Assembly (NCBI GenBank): GCA_043228905.1 | Contig: JBHGNT010000009.1 | Coordinates: 21,886,001-21,950,000, forward strand | From: Azolla caroliniana | Taxonomy: Eukaryota > Plantae > Polypodiophyta | DNA: 64,000 bases | Direction of reading: 5' to 3' | Part shown: positions 31,487-42,565 of the stretch, piece after piece | How positions within the stretch are numbered: the first letter of the stretch is position 1 | Layout: the number at the start of each line of letters is the position of its first letter | Program-made: the position numbers and the translations under genes | Notes under the pieces: generated by a model | What the model was told of the DNA's origin: nothing | What the model saw: only the letters and a program-made list of their open reading frames with translations | Database searches by the model: none

Positions 31487-31776
31487 TGATGCGAAAGATA
31501 TATGTATTATATGAAGGAAGATATACAACAGTGGTTAGAAGGCTTAAGACTGGCGTTGAACCGATTTGGTTCGAACTAATGCCTTGCGCCTCCTTTTATA
31601 GTGTCTTCAGGAATACTCCTGAAGTTTCTAGAATGTTCCAGAGAAATCTGGAATATACATCAATTTCCTAATAAAACCTAAATGAAAATAATATCCTTCA
31701 AATTACAATTCATAACCTAATGGTAAAGTCTCGACCCGTGTAACAAAAGGTTATGGGTTCGAGTCTAGTTATGACA
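31314..31776 (-). repeat. 5' LTR of the chromovirus
   Basis: Repeat of 26004-26464; TATAAAA on the minus strand at 31600-31594. Confidence 0.95.
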
Positions 31777-32989
31777 GCTCTCGGGCCGACCGCTGGATCG
31801 ATGTGAGGCTCTCCGTGGACTGCCAATCCGCAGTTCTTTGCCTTCGCCCCCTCGCCGCCACCGTTCGTCACTCTAGGTCTCACGCCGGCTCTCGAGCCGA
31901 CTGTCAGAGTCTCTAGAACCGGTGTGAGGGATCCTCCTCGGGCTCGTTGTATCCCCGACCCTTACTAGGGTCGTCCTTCTCCGCATGTCGAGAGGGTGGC
32001 TTGCTCCTCACCCTCCCCCATGGTACCGATGTACCGTGCCCCCGACCCATTTATAGGCCTACACTACCTCCCTTCCGGATCAATTGTCCGGAAGTCCGCT
32101 CCGCCCGGTTCTCACCCGAGTCCGACTGTTACTTGGCATTGCCAGGTCCTGTTTCCTGCCGCCACCATCCTTCACACTCGGGCTCACGTTGCCAAAACTG
32201 CCGATGACTCCGGATTGGTGTGAGGACTCCATAGGACCGGTCTTTCGTTCTCTGCTTCGTCCCTTGTACTTCTCCCGAACTCGTCGTCGCTCTCCTTGCT
32301 GTGTTCCCACCTCCATCTTCCATCTCTTTCGGTCTCACGTTGCCACACCGGCCGAACCGCCGAAGTCTCTGATAAAGATGTGGGGACACTGATTTCGTAA
32401 CGACTCCTTACGACTCATTCAGGCCACTGACCCTTTTAGTGGTGTCGGTGGAAAGCATCCACTCTATGATTGATCAAGCCCTGCCTGGGCTTGATTCTCC
32501 AATGTCCAGAGTTTCGGCTCCGATGTCGATCCTGCCGGACTCGTTTCGCACCCTCGATCAATTTCCCTTTTGTTTCCCGACCTTCTTCTCGATACGGTCA
32601 TCCATCTCCTCGGTCTCATATGGGCGTAAGGGCCCGAATGACGAGTTCTCTGGAATCGGTTCTGAGGGCTCTTGTCCACTCCTTGCGTGTATCATCTCGC
32701 CGGTGATTCTTGGTCTCACGCCGCCGCCTTCCTCCTCTTGGGACTCACATGGGCACTCGGGCTCGACTGCCATTGTCTCGGGAGCAAGTGTGGGAAGACG
32801 CGAAGAATCGCCCGTCCGTTTTACGCCCTTGTCTATAGCCATCGGCTCCTCGTAGTCGGTGGTCGACTTCTTACCGATCGCGCAAGCCCCGCTTGGTCTT
32901 GCTTCTCCAATGTCCGGAATTCCGGGTTGACGAGCCCGAAACCACCGGTCCCAACGTTCTGATTCCGTGATCGGTATCTCGTCCTCGTC

Positions 32990-33590
32990 CTCGGCCGTTC
33001 TATCTCCGCCTCGTCCTTGGCCATTCTATCTCCGCAAGTCGAGAGGGCGTTTTGTTCCGCACCCTCTCCCGTGGCATCGTCGTACCGATCTTCTGCCATC
33101 TCGTGGGGCAAGTTCATCTCCTCAACGTCAGCTTGCAGCCTCAATCTATCCTCTTCCTCGATCATTGCCTCGAGAACTGCGTACGCCTCCGCAATCCTGG
33201 CCCTGAAGCCGAGCCTTGCCGACTCTCTTTGCCGTTCGACCTCTTCCTGCTGTGATGGCGCACCGTCATACGCCTTCCTCCTAGCCTTCTCGGCCGTTCT
33301 ATCTCCGCCTCGTCCTTGGCCATTCTATCTCCGCAAGTCGAGAGGGCGTTTTGTTCCGCACCCTCTCCCGTGGCATCGTCGTACCGATCTTCTGCCATCT
33401 CGTGGGGCAAGTTCATCTCCTCAACGTCAGCTTGCAGCCTCAATCTATCCTCTTCCTCGATCATTGCCTCGAGAACTGTGTACGCCTCCGCAATCCTGGC
33501 CCTGAAGCCGAGCCTTGCCGACTCTCTTTGCCGTTCGACCTCTTCCTGCTGTGATGGCGCACCGTCATACGCCTTCCTCCTAGCCTTCTC
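32990..33590. repeat. Near-perfect 299-bp tandem duplication inside the Gag-only element
   Basis: Duplicated ORF starts at 33017/33316 and 33052/33351 are offset by 299 bp. Confidence 0.9.
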
Positions 33591-33754
33591 GGCCCACTCG
33601 TCATCTAGCCGTTGGCATACCCTTCCGACCTTCGACCAGTCCTCCGTAAGGCCATTCGCTCCGTCATCGTCTTCGAGCTCAATCCCGATGGCCTCTCATT
33701 CCGCTCGGTCGATCGACTTAACGAACAACAGGACTTTGTTTGCCCCCACCAAAC

Positions 33755-36700
33755 TGTTGGGATTACGGTCCCTCCGGATGGGATGGTCAGATGTCCGGGA
33801 ATCGGGAATGAAGACCCGAATGAGGAGTACCCGGTATCGGATCCGGATGATGAAGACCCCGGCTACGGAGCCGGATGACGAATGTACCCGGAGAGAGATC
33901 CGGATGCGGGGACATATTTGTGAATATGTTTGCCAAGGGCCCTTGAGGCTATATTTGTAAATAGCCCGAAAGTCATATGTGTATAAATATGACTTAGGGC
34001 AAACAGTTTTGTTGTTGTTGCTCATTTTTTCTGTTTTCACTTAGAGGGAGCGAAGTGAGAGCAGCCGAGAGAGAGAGTGAGAGAGAGAGAAAGGAAGAGG
34101 TCGACGCCTCTGTGTAATACCGCCGCCTTTGGCGAGGACAGCGAGCTCAAGGTCGTCGCCTTGCAGCTCGCCATTGTACATTCCCTGCGTATAGTGATAG
34201 TTGGAGTCTTGCACTCCCGTGGTTTTTCCCGTCTAGGGTTTTCCACGCTAAACCATGTGCATTTGAGTCTCTCTCTATGTTTTTGATTTACTACTGCATT
34301 GATTCGTGTTTCCTCGGTTGTGGCCGAGAGGTGAAGGTTTTGAAAGCGTCAATTTCTAACAATCTGGTATCAGAGCGACTGCAGTGCAGAAAATGGAAGG
34401 CGGCAGCAGCGGGCAGCCGGGGATGATGGTGCTGAATGCGCAGAACTACGCCGACTGGAAGATCAAGATGGAGGATCTGCTCATTGTTCGGGACCTGTAT
34501 GAACCGTTCGACAGGTCCGAAATACCCAAGGGGGTACTTGAGACGGAATGGAGGCTTCTGAACCGGAAAGCCGTTGCAACCATTCGGCAATACGTCGACG
34601 TGAGCGTTCTACAACATGTGGCGAACGACACCAACGCATATGAGATGTGGCAGAAGCTGTCGGGCCTCTACGAGAGGAAGAATGCGTTGAACCGGACCTC
34701 CCTGATGAGGAAGATAGTGAACCTCAAGTACCGGGACGGCGAGAGTATGGTGGAACATGTAAGCACGTTCATGGGATTCGTGAACCAGCTTGCGGCGATC
34801 AAGTTCCCGTTGGAGGATGCAATGCAAGCCATCATGCTGATGTGTACATTGCCGAAAAGCTGGGAGAACTTGGTGGTGACTCTCAGCACCTCCTGCACCG
34901 AAGATAACTTGTCCCTACAAACGGTAAAGACAAGCATTTTGAACGAAGAAGCGCGTCGGAGAGATAAAGAACCGGCCTCCGATCCGAAGATGCTGCTTAC
35001 CGAATCGGATCGGGGAAGACAACGGAACCGGAGTCCGCAAAGACGGGAGAAGTCGGGGACCCGGTCGCAGTCAAGAGGAAGGCCCACATGCTTCCACTGT
35101 GGGAAGCCGGGGCACTTCCAAAAGAATTGTCGGCATTACCGAAAAGACAACGGAGCCGACGACACCGATTCGAAGAAGTCTTCGGAACGGAACGGTGCTT
35201 ACCGGGGAGCCACGGACCGGAATGGTTCGGATCGGCAAGGGCAGGACCGGAAAGGAACGACGGCACTCGCGGCAAGTGAAGAGGAGATCATGCTCATCAC
35301 CGAAGAAGGTGAACTAAACATTGCCGGCGATGAGACTACCTGGGTGGTCGATTCCGGAGCGTCGTTCCACCTAACCCCGGAAAGAAGATACTTCTCATCC
35401 TACACAGCCGGTGAGCATGGCTGTGTTCGGATGGGAAATGAAGGTACGTGCCGGATTGCCGGCATAGGAGACGTGTGGTTGACAACCTCGACCGGATGCA
35501 AAATGTTGCTGAAGGATGTCCGACACGTTCCGGAGGTTCGATTGAACTTGATTTCGGCCGGGAGGCTAGACGATGAAGGCTACACAGGTAGCATCCGGAA
35601 CTGCGTAATGAAGTTCAGCAAGGGGAGCTTGATAGTGGCTCGGGCCCGGAAAGTCAACACACTGTACCTTATGAATGCCTGGTTGTGTCCGGAGGAGTTG
35701 AACGTGGCAGCCGACACTGCCGGTGAGCTGTGGCACAAGAGACTGTGCCACATGAGTGAGAAGGGGATGAAGAGGCTTGCAGAAGACAACCTTATTCCAG
35801 TGAAGCATGTGCACCTGGAGAAGTGCACCGATTGCCTGGCCGGTAAGCAGAACCGAACCTCCTTCCACTCAAGGCCACCGACGAGACGTAGCGCACCATT
35901 GGAGTTGGTGCACACTGACGTGTGTCAAGTAGAAACGGCGGAGCCCAGTACTTCGTGACATTCATTGATGACCACAGCCGGAAGCTGTGGACGGCACCGT
36001 TGAAGACAAAGGACCAAGTGTTGTGCGTCTTCAAAGAACTCCACGCGAGAGAGGAAAGGGAATCCGGCAAGAAGCTAAAAGCGATACGAGCGGATAACGG
36101 AGGGGAATACCGGGGGCAGTTCGAGGAGTACTGTCGCTCGAAGGGAATCCGGCTCGAGTTTACTGTGCCGAAGACGCCGAAACTGAACGGGCTGGCCGAG
36201 AGGATGAACCGGACCATAATGGAGAGGGTCCGGAGTATGCTGGCGCATGCGAAATTACCCAAGGGGTTTTGGGCTGAGGCAATGTCGACGGCGACATACG
36301 TGATAAACAGATCACCCTCAGTACCTTTGAACGGAGACACGCCGCAGAGAGTGTGGACCGGTAGGGAAGTATCCTACCGGCATCTGAAGGTGATCGGGTG
36401 TCTCGCATATGTGCATGTGGCAAAGGACCGGAGAGGAAAGCTAGATCCAAAGACCCGGCCATGCATATTCCTCGGTTACGGCGATGACGAGTTCGGCTAC
36501 CGTGTATGGGACCCGGTCGACAAAAGGATATTCCGGAGTCGTGATATCATCTTCATGGATTACAAGACACTCGCCGACTGGGAGTCGGAGAAGAAGATGA
36601 AGAGCTCCAAGTCGACCAGTGAGGATCAACTCTACGAGGAGCAGTCCCGACCGGCAAGGGACCGGTTAGCACTCGAGGATCCGGCCGAAGACGGTGAAGA

Positions 36701-39072
36701 AACAGAACCGGCTGAGGAAGATGAAACTGATACCGGAACCGGCCCCGATCCCGAAATGGATTCGGATGAAGAGGAAACGGAGGAGCCGGTTACCGAAGCT
36801 CCGGAACGGAGATATCCTCTAAGAGAGAGAAGGGCCCCCCGGAGATTTCCGGAACCAGAGCACGTGCTGCTAACCGACGAAGGGGAGCCGGAGAGTTTTG
36901 AAGAAGCAAAGCTTGACACCCATAGCCGCAGGTGGTTAAGTGCCATGCAGGAGGAGATGGATTCCCTGCATGAGAACCACACATATGAACTTGTGGAGTT
37001 GCCGAAAGGAAAGCGGGCACTTCGAAACAAGTGGGTGTTCAAGCTGAAACCGGGAGATGCCGGAAACCCCCAAGATACAAAGCCAGGATCGTGGTGAAGG
37101 GGTTCCAGCAGAAGAAGGGCGTCGACTTCGACGAGATATTTGCCCCGGTAGTGAAGATGACCTCCATCCGGACGGTGCTGAGCATAGCGGCAAGCATGGA
37201 CCTCGAGGTAGAACAGATGGACGTGAAGACGACATTCCTTCACGGTGACCTCGAAGAAGAGATCTACATGCAGCAACCGGAAGGATTCGAGAAGAAAGGG
37301 AAGGAGCACCTGGTATGCCGGTTGAAGAAGAGCCTTTACGGACTGAAGCAGGCTCCCCGGCAATGGTACCAGAAGTTCGACTCTTTCATGACCGACGAAG
37401 GGTACCACAAAACGTAGTCCGATCACTGCGTGTTTGTGAAGAAGTTCGAAGGAGGAGACTTTCTAATACTCCTCCTGTACGTGGACGACATGTTGATCGT
37501 CGGACGGGACCAGGTCAAGATACGGATGATGAAGAAAGCGCTTCACCGAACCTTCTCAATGAAGGACCTGGGTCCGGCGAGGCAAATACTAGGGATGCAC
37601 ATCATCCGGGACCGGAAGAAGAAGCAGTTGTGGCTGTCACAGGAGAAGTACGTGACAAAGGTGCTTCACCGATTCAACATGTCGGAAGCAAGACCGGTCG
37701 GGTCAACCCTCCCGGCAAACTGCAAGTTGTCCAGCAAGCAAAGCCCCAAGACAAAGGCTGAGAAGGAGGACATGATGAAAGTACCATATGCCTCTGCCGT
37801 CGGAAGCTTGATGTACGCAATGGTGTGTAGAAGACCGGACATAGGATATGCAGTCGGAGTGGTGAGCCGGTACATGAGCAATCCCGGCAAAGAGCACTGG
37901 AACGCGGCCAAGTGGATACTCCGATACCTGAAGGGCACGGCAAACGTGTGCCTCCGATTCGGCTCCGGTAAGCCCGAACTCGACGGCTTTACCGATTCGG
38001 ATATGTCGGCTGACACAGATACCAGCCGGTCCACATCAGGGTATGTGATGACGTATGCAGGGGGAGCTGTTTCATGGCAGTCGAGGCTGCAGAAGACGGT
38101 TGCATTGTCAACCACGGAGGCGGAGTACATGGCGGCTGTTGAAGCCGGCAAGGAAATGATATGGATGAAGGACTTCATTAGAGAGCTCGGTATCCGGCAG
38201 GAGGAGTACCGACTCTACTGCGACAGTCAGAGTACCATCCACCTTGCGAAGAACGCGGCCTATCACTCCCGGACGAAGCACATCCAGCGAAGATATCACT
38301 GGATCCGGGAAAGGATAGAAGACCAGGAGTTCGTGCTGACGAAGATCCACACGGACGAGAACGGGTCAGATATGCTGACCAAAGTGCTCACACCCGACAA
38401 GCTGGAAGCGTGCCGGAAGAGGGTCGGACTGGAAAGACATCCCATGCCGAAGTGAAGGGGGAGTTTGTTGGGATTACGGTCCCTCCGGATGGGATGGTCA
38501 GATGTCCGGGAATCGGGAATGAAGACCCGAATGAGGAGTACCCGGTATCGGATCCGGATGATGAAGACCCCGGCTACGGAGCCGGATGACGAATGTACCC
38601 GGAGAGAGATCCGGATGCGGGGACATATTTGTGAATATGTTTGCCAAGGGCCCTTGAGGCTATATTTGTAAATAGCCCGAAAGTCATATGTGTATAAATA
38701 TGACTTAGGGCAAACAGTTTTGTTGTTGTTGCTCATTTTTTCTGTTTTCACTTAGAGGGAGCGAAGTGAGAGCAGCCGAGAGAGAGAGTGAGAGAGAGAG
38801 AAAGGAAGAGGTCGACGCCTCTGTGTAATACCGCCGCCTGTGGCGAGGACAGCGAGCTCAAGGTCGTCGCCTTGCAGCTCGCCATTGTACATTCCCTGCG
38901 TATAGTGATAGTTGGAGTCTTGCACTCCCGTGGTTTTTCCCGTCTAGGGTTTTCCACGCTAAACCCTGTGCATTCGAGTCTCTCTCTGTGTTTTCGATTT
39001 ACTGTTGCATTGATTCGTGTTTCCTCGGTTGTGGCCGAGAGGTGAAGGTTTTGAAAGCGTCAATTTCTAACA
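33755..39072 (+). mobile_element. Full-length Ty1/Copia C (Tnt1/Tork-like)
   Basis: LTRs 33755-34361 and 38466-39072; TSD CAAAC; PBS-Met 34365-34376; PPT GAAGGGGGAG before 38466. Confidence 0.97.
34393..38455 (+). pseudogene. Copia C gag-pol (frameshifts near 35935 and 37070, stop at 37415)
   Basis: CFHCGKPGHFQKNC, VVDSGAS, LWHKRLCH, RADNGGEY, LYVDD, ALSTTEAEY. A 10-bp deletion at about 35937 relative to Copia E. Confidence 0.93.
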
Positions 39073-39543
39073 CAAACCTTGTTCCCGCTCCGGGAGCCGA
39101 GCAAGTCGTCCCTCGAACTCTCGGAACGCCTTCGTTGCGCCCCGGTGGGTCTTCACCGATGCCACCCACTGGTCAAAGCCGCATCGTCCCCGGCTTTTCC
39201 GACGTCCTCCATATGCCTGTAGGAGCGTCTCTTCGAAGGCCTCCCACGAACTATGAGCTTCTCGGAGCTCCTTCACTTCCACGTGCATACGGACGACGAC
39301 GACTCGACAGAAGAACTCTAGCCTCAACGCCTCGTCTACGTCTCGCTTCTCCATTTTCGCATTGTAGGCTTGCAAGTAGAATGGGATTTTGTCCCCGTTG
39401 AAACGGACGACTCTTTCGAGCACTCGCTCAACCGCTTGTTGTGTCGACTCTCTTCTTGTTGTTTTTTGTCCAAACTCCCTCACCGCTTCGACAAAAAGTT
39501 GCGCGAAGTCGTCTTCTTCCAACTCCATTCTCCCTTGCCGCAC
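39067..39543 (-). pseudogene. Degenerate Gag N-terminus of the Gag-only element
   Basis: VERVLERVVRFNGDKIPFYLQAYNAKMEKRDVDEA resembles Gypsy 1 VDRVVELEGQFDGRNVTKFLDAYKREMNQRDVSEA. Confidence 0.75.
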
Positions 39544-39565
39544 TTGACGTCAGGTTCACCAAATA

Positions 39566-40285
39566 TGTCGTGTTATTATGCGCGTGTGTGTGGAAGGGGC
39601 GGGACCACGGAGGTCTCGGACGAGGGAGAAGAGGGATGCCAAGAACCGACGTCGGACACGACCCAAACGCAACCGAACACGAGAGAGAGAGAGAGAAAGG
39701 AGAAGGAGAGCGCGCGTGCGATACCGACTCTTACGCACAAGAAGCAAGGGGTTGTGCTTCCGACACCACCAAATACACCAATATCCACAAACAGGTACAA
39801 GTATGTATATTACAAGGGAAAGAATACATCCCCATCTTTAAGCCGGACCAAGGTAGGTTAGGTTACAATAGCAGTCTACTGCCAAGCCGCAAATCGGGGG
39901 AGCTCTCGGGCTCGTCGCGCCGAGCGGGACCTTGCACAGGAGACCGAGCAAAAACAACCCTAAACAAACACGAACTCTCAACCCACACGACGAAGAAAAG
40001 GAAGAAGAAGAAGAAGAAGAAGAAGAAGAAACTAACCCTAAATCTAACGGTATTCCCTCTAACACAAAATGGGCAACCCCTTCACAAAGGGCGCTCCCTT
40101 CATTTTATAGAACAAGGAGAGGGATGCGTAACAATGTGGGATAAATCCCTTATTACATGGGATGCTCTGTCCCGACTTAAATCCTATTATTCACACGTTT
40201 TTACAAGGGTAAGTGCACATGGTGCACTCCGCTGATTCTTCTGATATTCCTCGGTTTCTCATTATGGCCCGGAATCTTCACGACA
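39566..40285 (-). repeat. 5' LTR of the Gag-only element
   Basis: TGTCGTG...TCTTCACGACA, the same terminus as Gypsy 1; adjacent PBS-Trp. Confidence 0.9.
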
Positions 40286-41333
40286 CCGGGTGAGGATAGC
40301 GGTTTGGATGGGCCCGTACATTTGAGCTAGACCACCGAAGCAGATTTGCACCATTTCGTCCTCGTCGATCGTGACGTCGACCCTAATGCGTTGCAAGTCT
40401 CCTTTATCTTTGTGGTGTTGTCTGAAACTGACATATTCTTTTGTTGGATATTATTCAGTTCTTGCCAAAACTGTAGCTTCGGAACCGAGGTACTTGTGGC
40501 GAAAATCTTTTTCAGATTTTCCCAAGCCTGTTTTGGCGTCTTAGCATCTCTAATGTAGTCGATCATATGGTCGTGCATGGAGGACGCAAGGCAATATAGA
40601 ACTCTGCTTGCTCCTTGTTCCCATGCCGGGAACTCCTTTTGTGACGACTCCAATGCTATTTCATTCGCACCCTTAACATAACTCCAATATTCATGTCCGA
40701 GCAGATACTGGTGCATCTTGTATGACAAGGATGCATAACTGTGTTTGGCAAACTTCTCTATCGAAAGCGAGCTTGCCATACCTCTGTCCATCTTTCGCTC
40801 TTTACCGAGTGTTAGGGTTTGTCTTCAGTAATCGCTTGTCGGCTGCGGAGGTTATCAACCCTCGCGCACTGATACCATGTAAAGGATAGTGTGCGGAAGT
40901 TTGTAGACAAACCAATTTATCTGGATAGCAACAGAAAACAGAGACAAGGTTTAATTAAAGCTCAGGAATAGAGAATACACAGTACACGGGAGAGATAGAG
41001 AGAGAGCATAATAGCATAAACTAGATTCAAAATAATAACAACACTATGTACATACAATGTGTTCAATGAGCACTTTTATACAAGCCCATAAAGGACTAAC
41101 AGAAGTACTGACAAATACTTCAATGCTCATACGAGGGACTGACACTGACTCCCAAAAATACACCTACGTACTAGGCTAGATTCATAGGCCTCTAACAGCC
41201 TACCGGTTACAATCCGATCCGGCTCTCCAATCTGGCTCCTGGTTCCGGACACCGATCCGTTCTCTGTTCCAGAACCGATCCGGCATTGGCTTATTCAGCT
41301 GATCCGGATCCAATTGAGCTTGTCCGCTCAACA
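40286..41333 (-). mobile_element. Copia B 5' part: gag N-terminus, PBS-Met (40866-40877), 5' LTR (40878-41333)
   Basis: MDRGMASSL gag start as in Copia A; GCACTGATACCA on the plus strand; LTR TG..CA. Confidence 0.88.
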
Positions 41334-41646
41334 GATACCTTCAAAATATCCTCTAGACGGCCAAGGTGTGTCCAAAGTGCACCATTACAATTCCATAAAG
41401 TTATCCTAAGTTGATTGTCTGTCATGTGGGCCACATGTCATCAATTGGCAGAACGATCATTTATTATGACTCGTCCATCTTGGTAAAAGACGCGATGTCG
41501 TTCTTTACGAGCTTGTATGACTTGCGTCATACAAGTTTTATGGTGCTCAATTTGCATCTTGGTGAGGTCCTCATCTAGGTAGATAGGGTCCCCACCTAAT
41601 CCTCGAAGAATTGGTCTCTTCTTAAAAAAGCTGTAAAAGAATACGT

Positions 41647-42565
41647 TGTCGGGGTAGTTGTGGTTCGTGCGGCGAAGTCGCGGGGGACTAAGGTTAAGGG
41701 GAGTTGAAGAAACTTAACTTTTAATAAGGCTTGTATGGTGATGATAGAATAGTTAAGGATAGTAAGACGAAGCGTTACGAGTAATGTGTGTGTGGGTGTG
41801 TGTGTGTGTGTGAGAGAGAGACGAGCATAGATAAAAGATAGAGACAATGTATGATTTAAGAAAGAAGATTGAGACAAAGTATGATTCTAGAAACAAGAGT
41901 ATATGATATAAACATGATGTATATTTAAAAATATTATATTTTACCAACTTTACAATCCTTGATCGTGAGATGAATCTTTTCAATACCGACCCTTGATTTG
42001 AACCCACGACCTCAACTTCGAAACGAGAGGTTCTCCACCCAATGAGCTATTCTTCTTTACTTGAGTGTATTATTTTCTCCCTCTCTCTTCTTGATTGATT
42101 CCTTACCTTGTTTTCCCTTTTTCCTCTTTATATACGTGTTGCCATGCATATGGTAATGTATGGGAGCATGGCATGCATGCAATGCATGAGTTACATGTAA
42201 TGCATGATCGCCATTTGGCGCACATGCATTGCATGCGATGAATGATGGCTATGTATGAAAATAGATATGGGATAAGTATGATGATGAAAATGCATTCTAA
42301 AATAATTAACCTAGCTTAGTGGTGTAGTTTGGTGCTTGGTATACAAGGTTGAGAGTTCAAGTCCCTCAATTTTACTTAATACAATATATAGCTTCATTCT
42401 TATATCATGAAGGACATTTATTACACACTTTTACAAATAAATAGCCTAGCATAGTGGTATGTACATTGTACATCGTATACAAGGATGTGGGTTCAGGTCT
42501 CTCAAATATTATTAAATAAAACATTTAAGCTCATTTTTATATCGTGAAGCACATTCTTCACGACA
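41647..42565 (-). repeat. 3' LTR of Gypsy 2
   Basis: Repeat of 49026-49855; ends TCTTCACGACA on the plus strand. Confidence 0.92.

Larger units (their letters stand above)
26004..31776 (-). mobile_element. Intact chromovirus (Tcn1/Tf1-like Ty3/Gypsy), very young
   Basis: LTRs 26004-26464 and 31314-31776 differ only by (GA)n length and one substitution I could see. TSD GCTCT (25999-26003, 31777-31781). PPT at 26465-26477. Both ORFs uninterrupted. Confidence 0.97.
23940..40285 (-). mobile_element. Non-autonomous Gag-only LTR element (TR-GAG/LARD-like) of the Trp-primed Gypsy family, hosting two younger insertions
   Basis: LTRs 23940-24645 and 39566-40285. PBS-Trp 39547-39561. PPT/pre-PPT region 24646-24690 closely matches Gypsy 1 12621-12661. 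TSD CCGG/CTAG. Gag remnants at 39067-39543 and 33590-33754; no pol. Confidence 0.85.

Noticed and set aside
34234-34242. Telomeric repeat TAGGGTTT
   Set aside because: A single telo-box-like motif in the Copia LTR, not an array.
36632-38178. Long antisense ORFs over Copia pol (and similar ones over Gypsy gag/pol and LTRs)
   Set aside because: Shadow frames of GC-rich coding sequence with no independent motifs.
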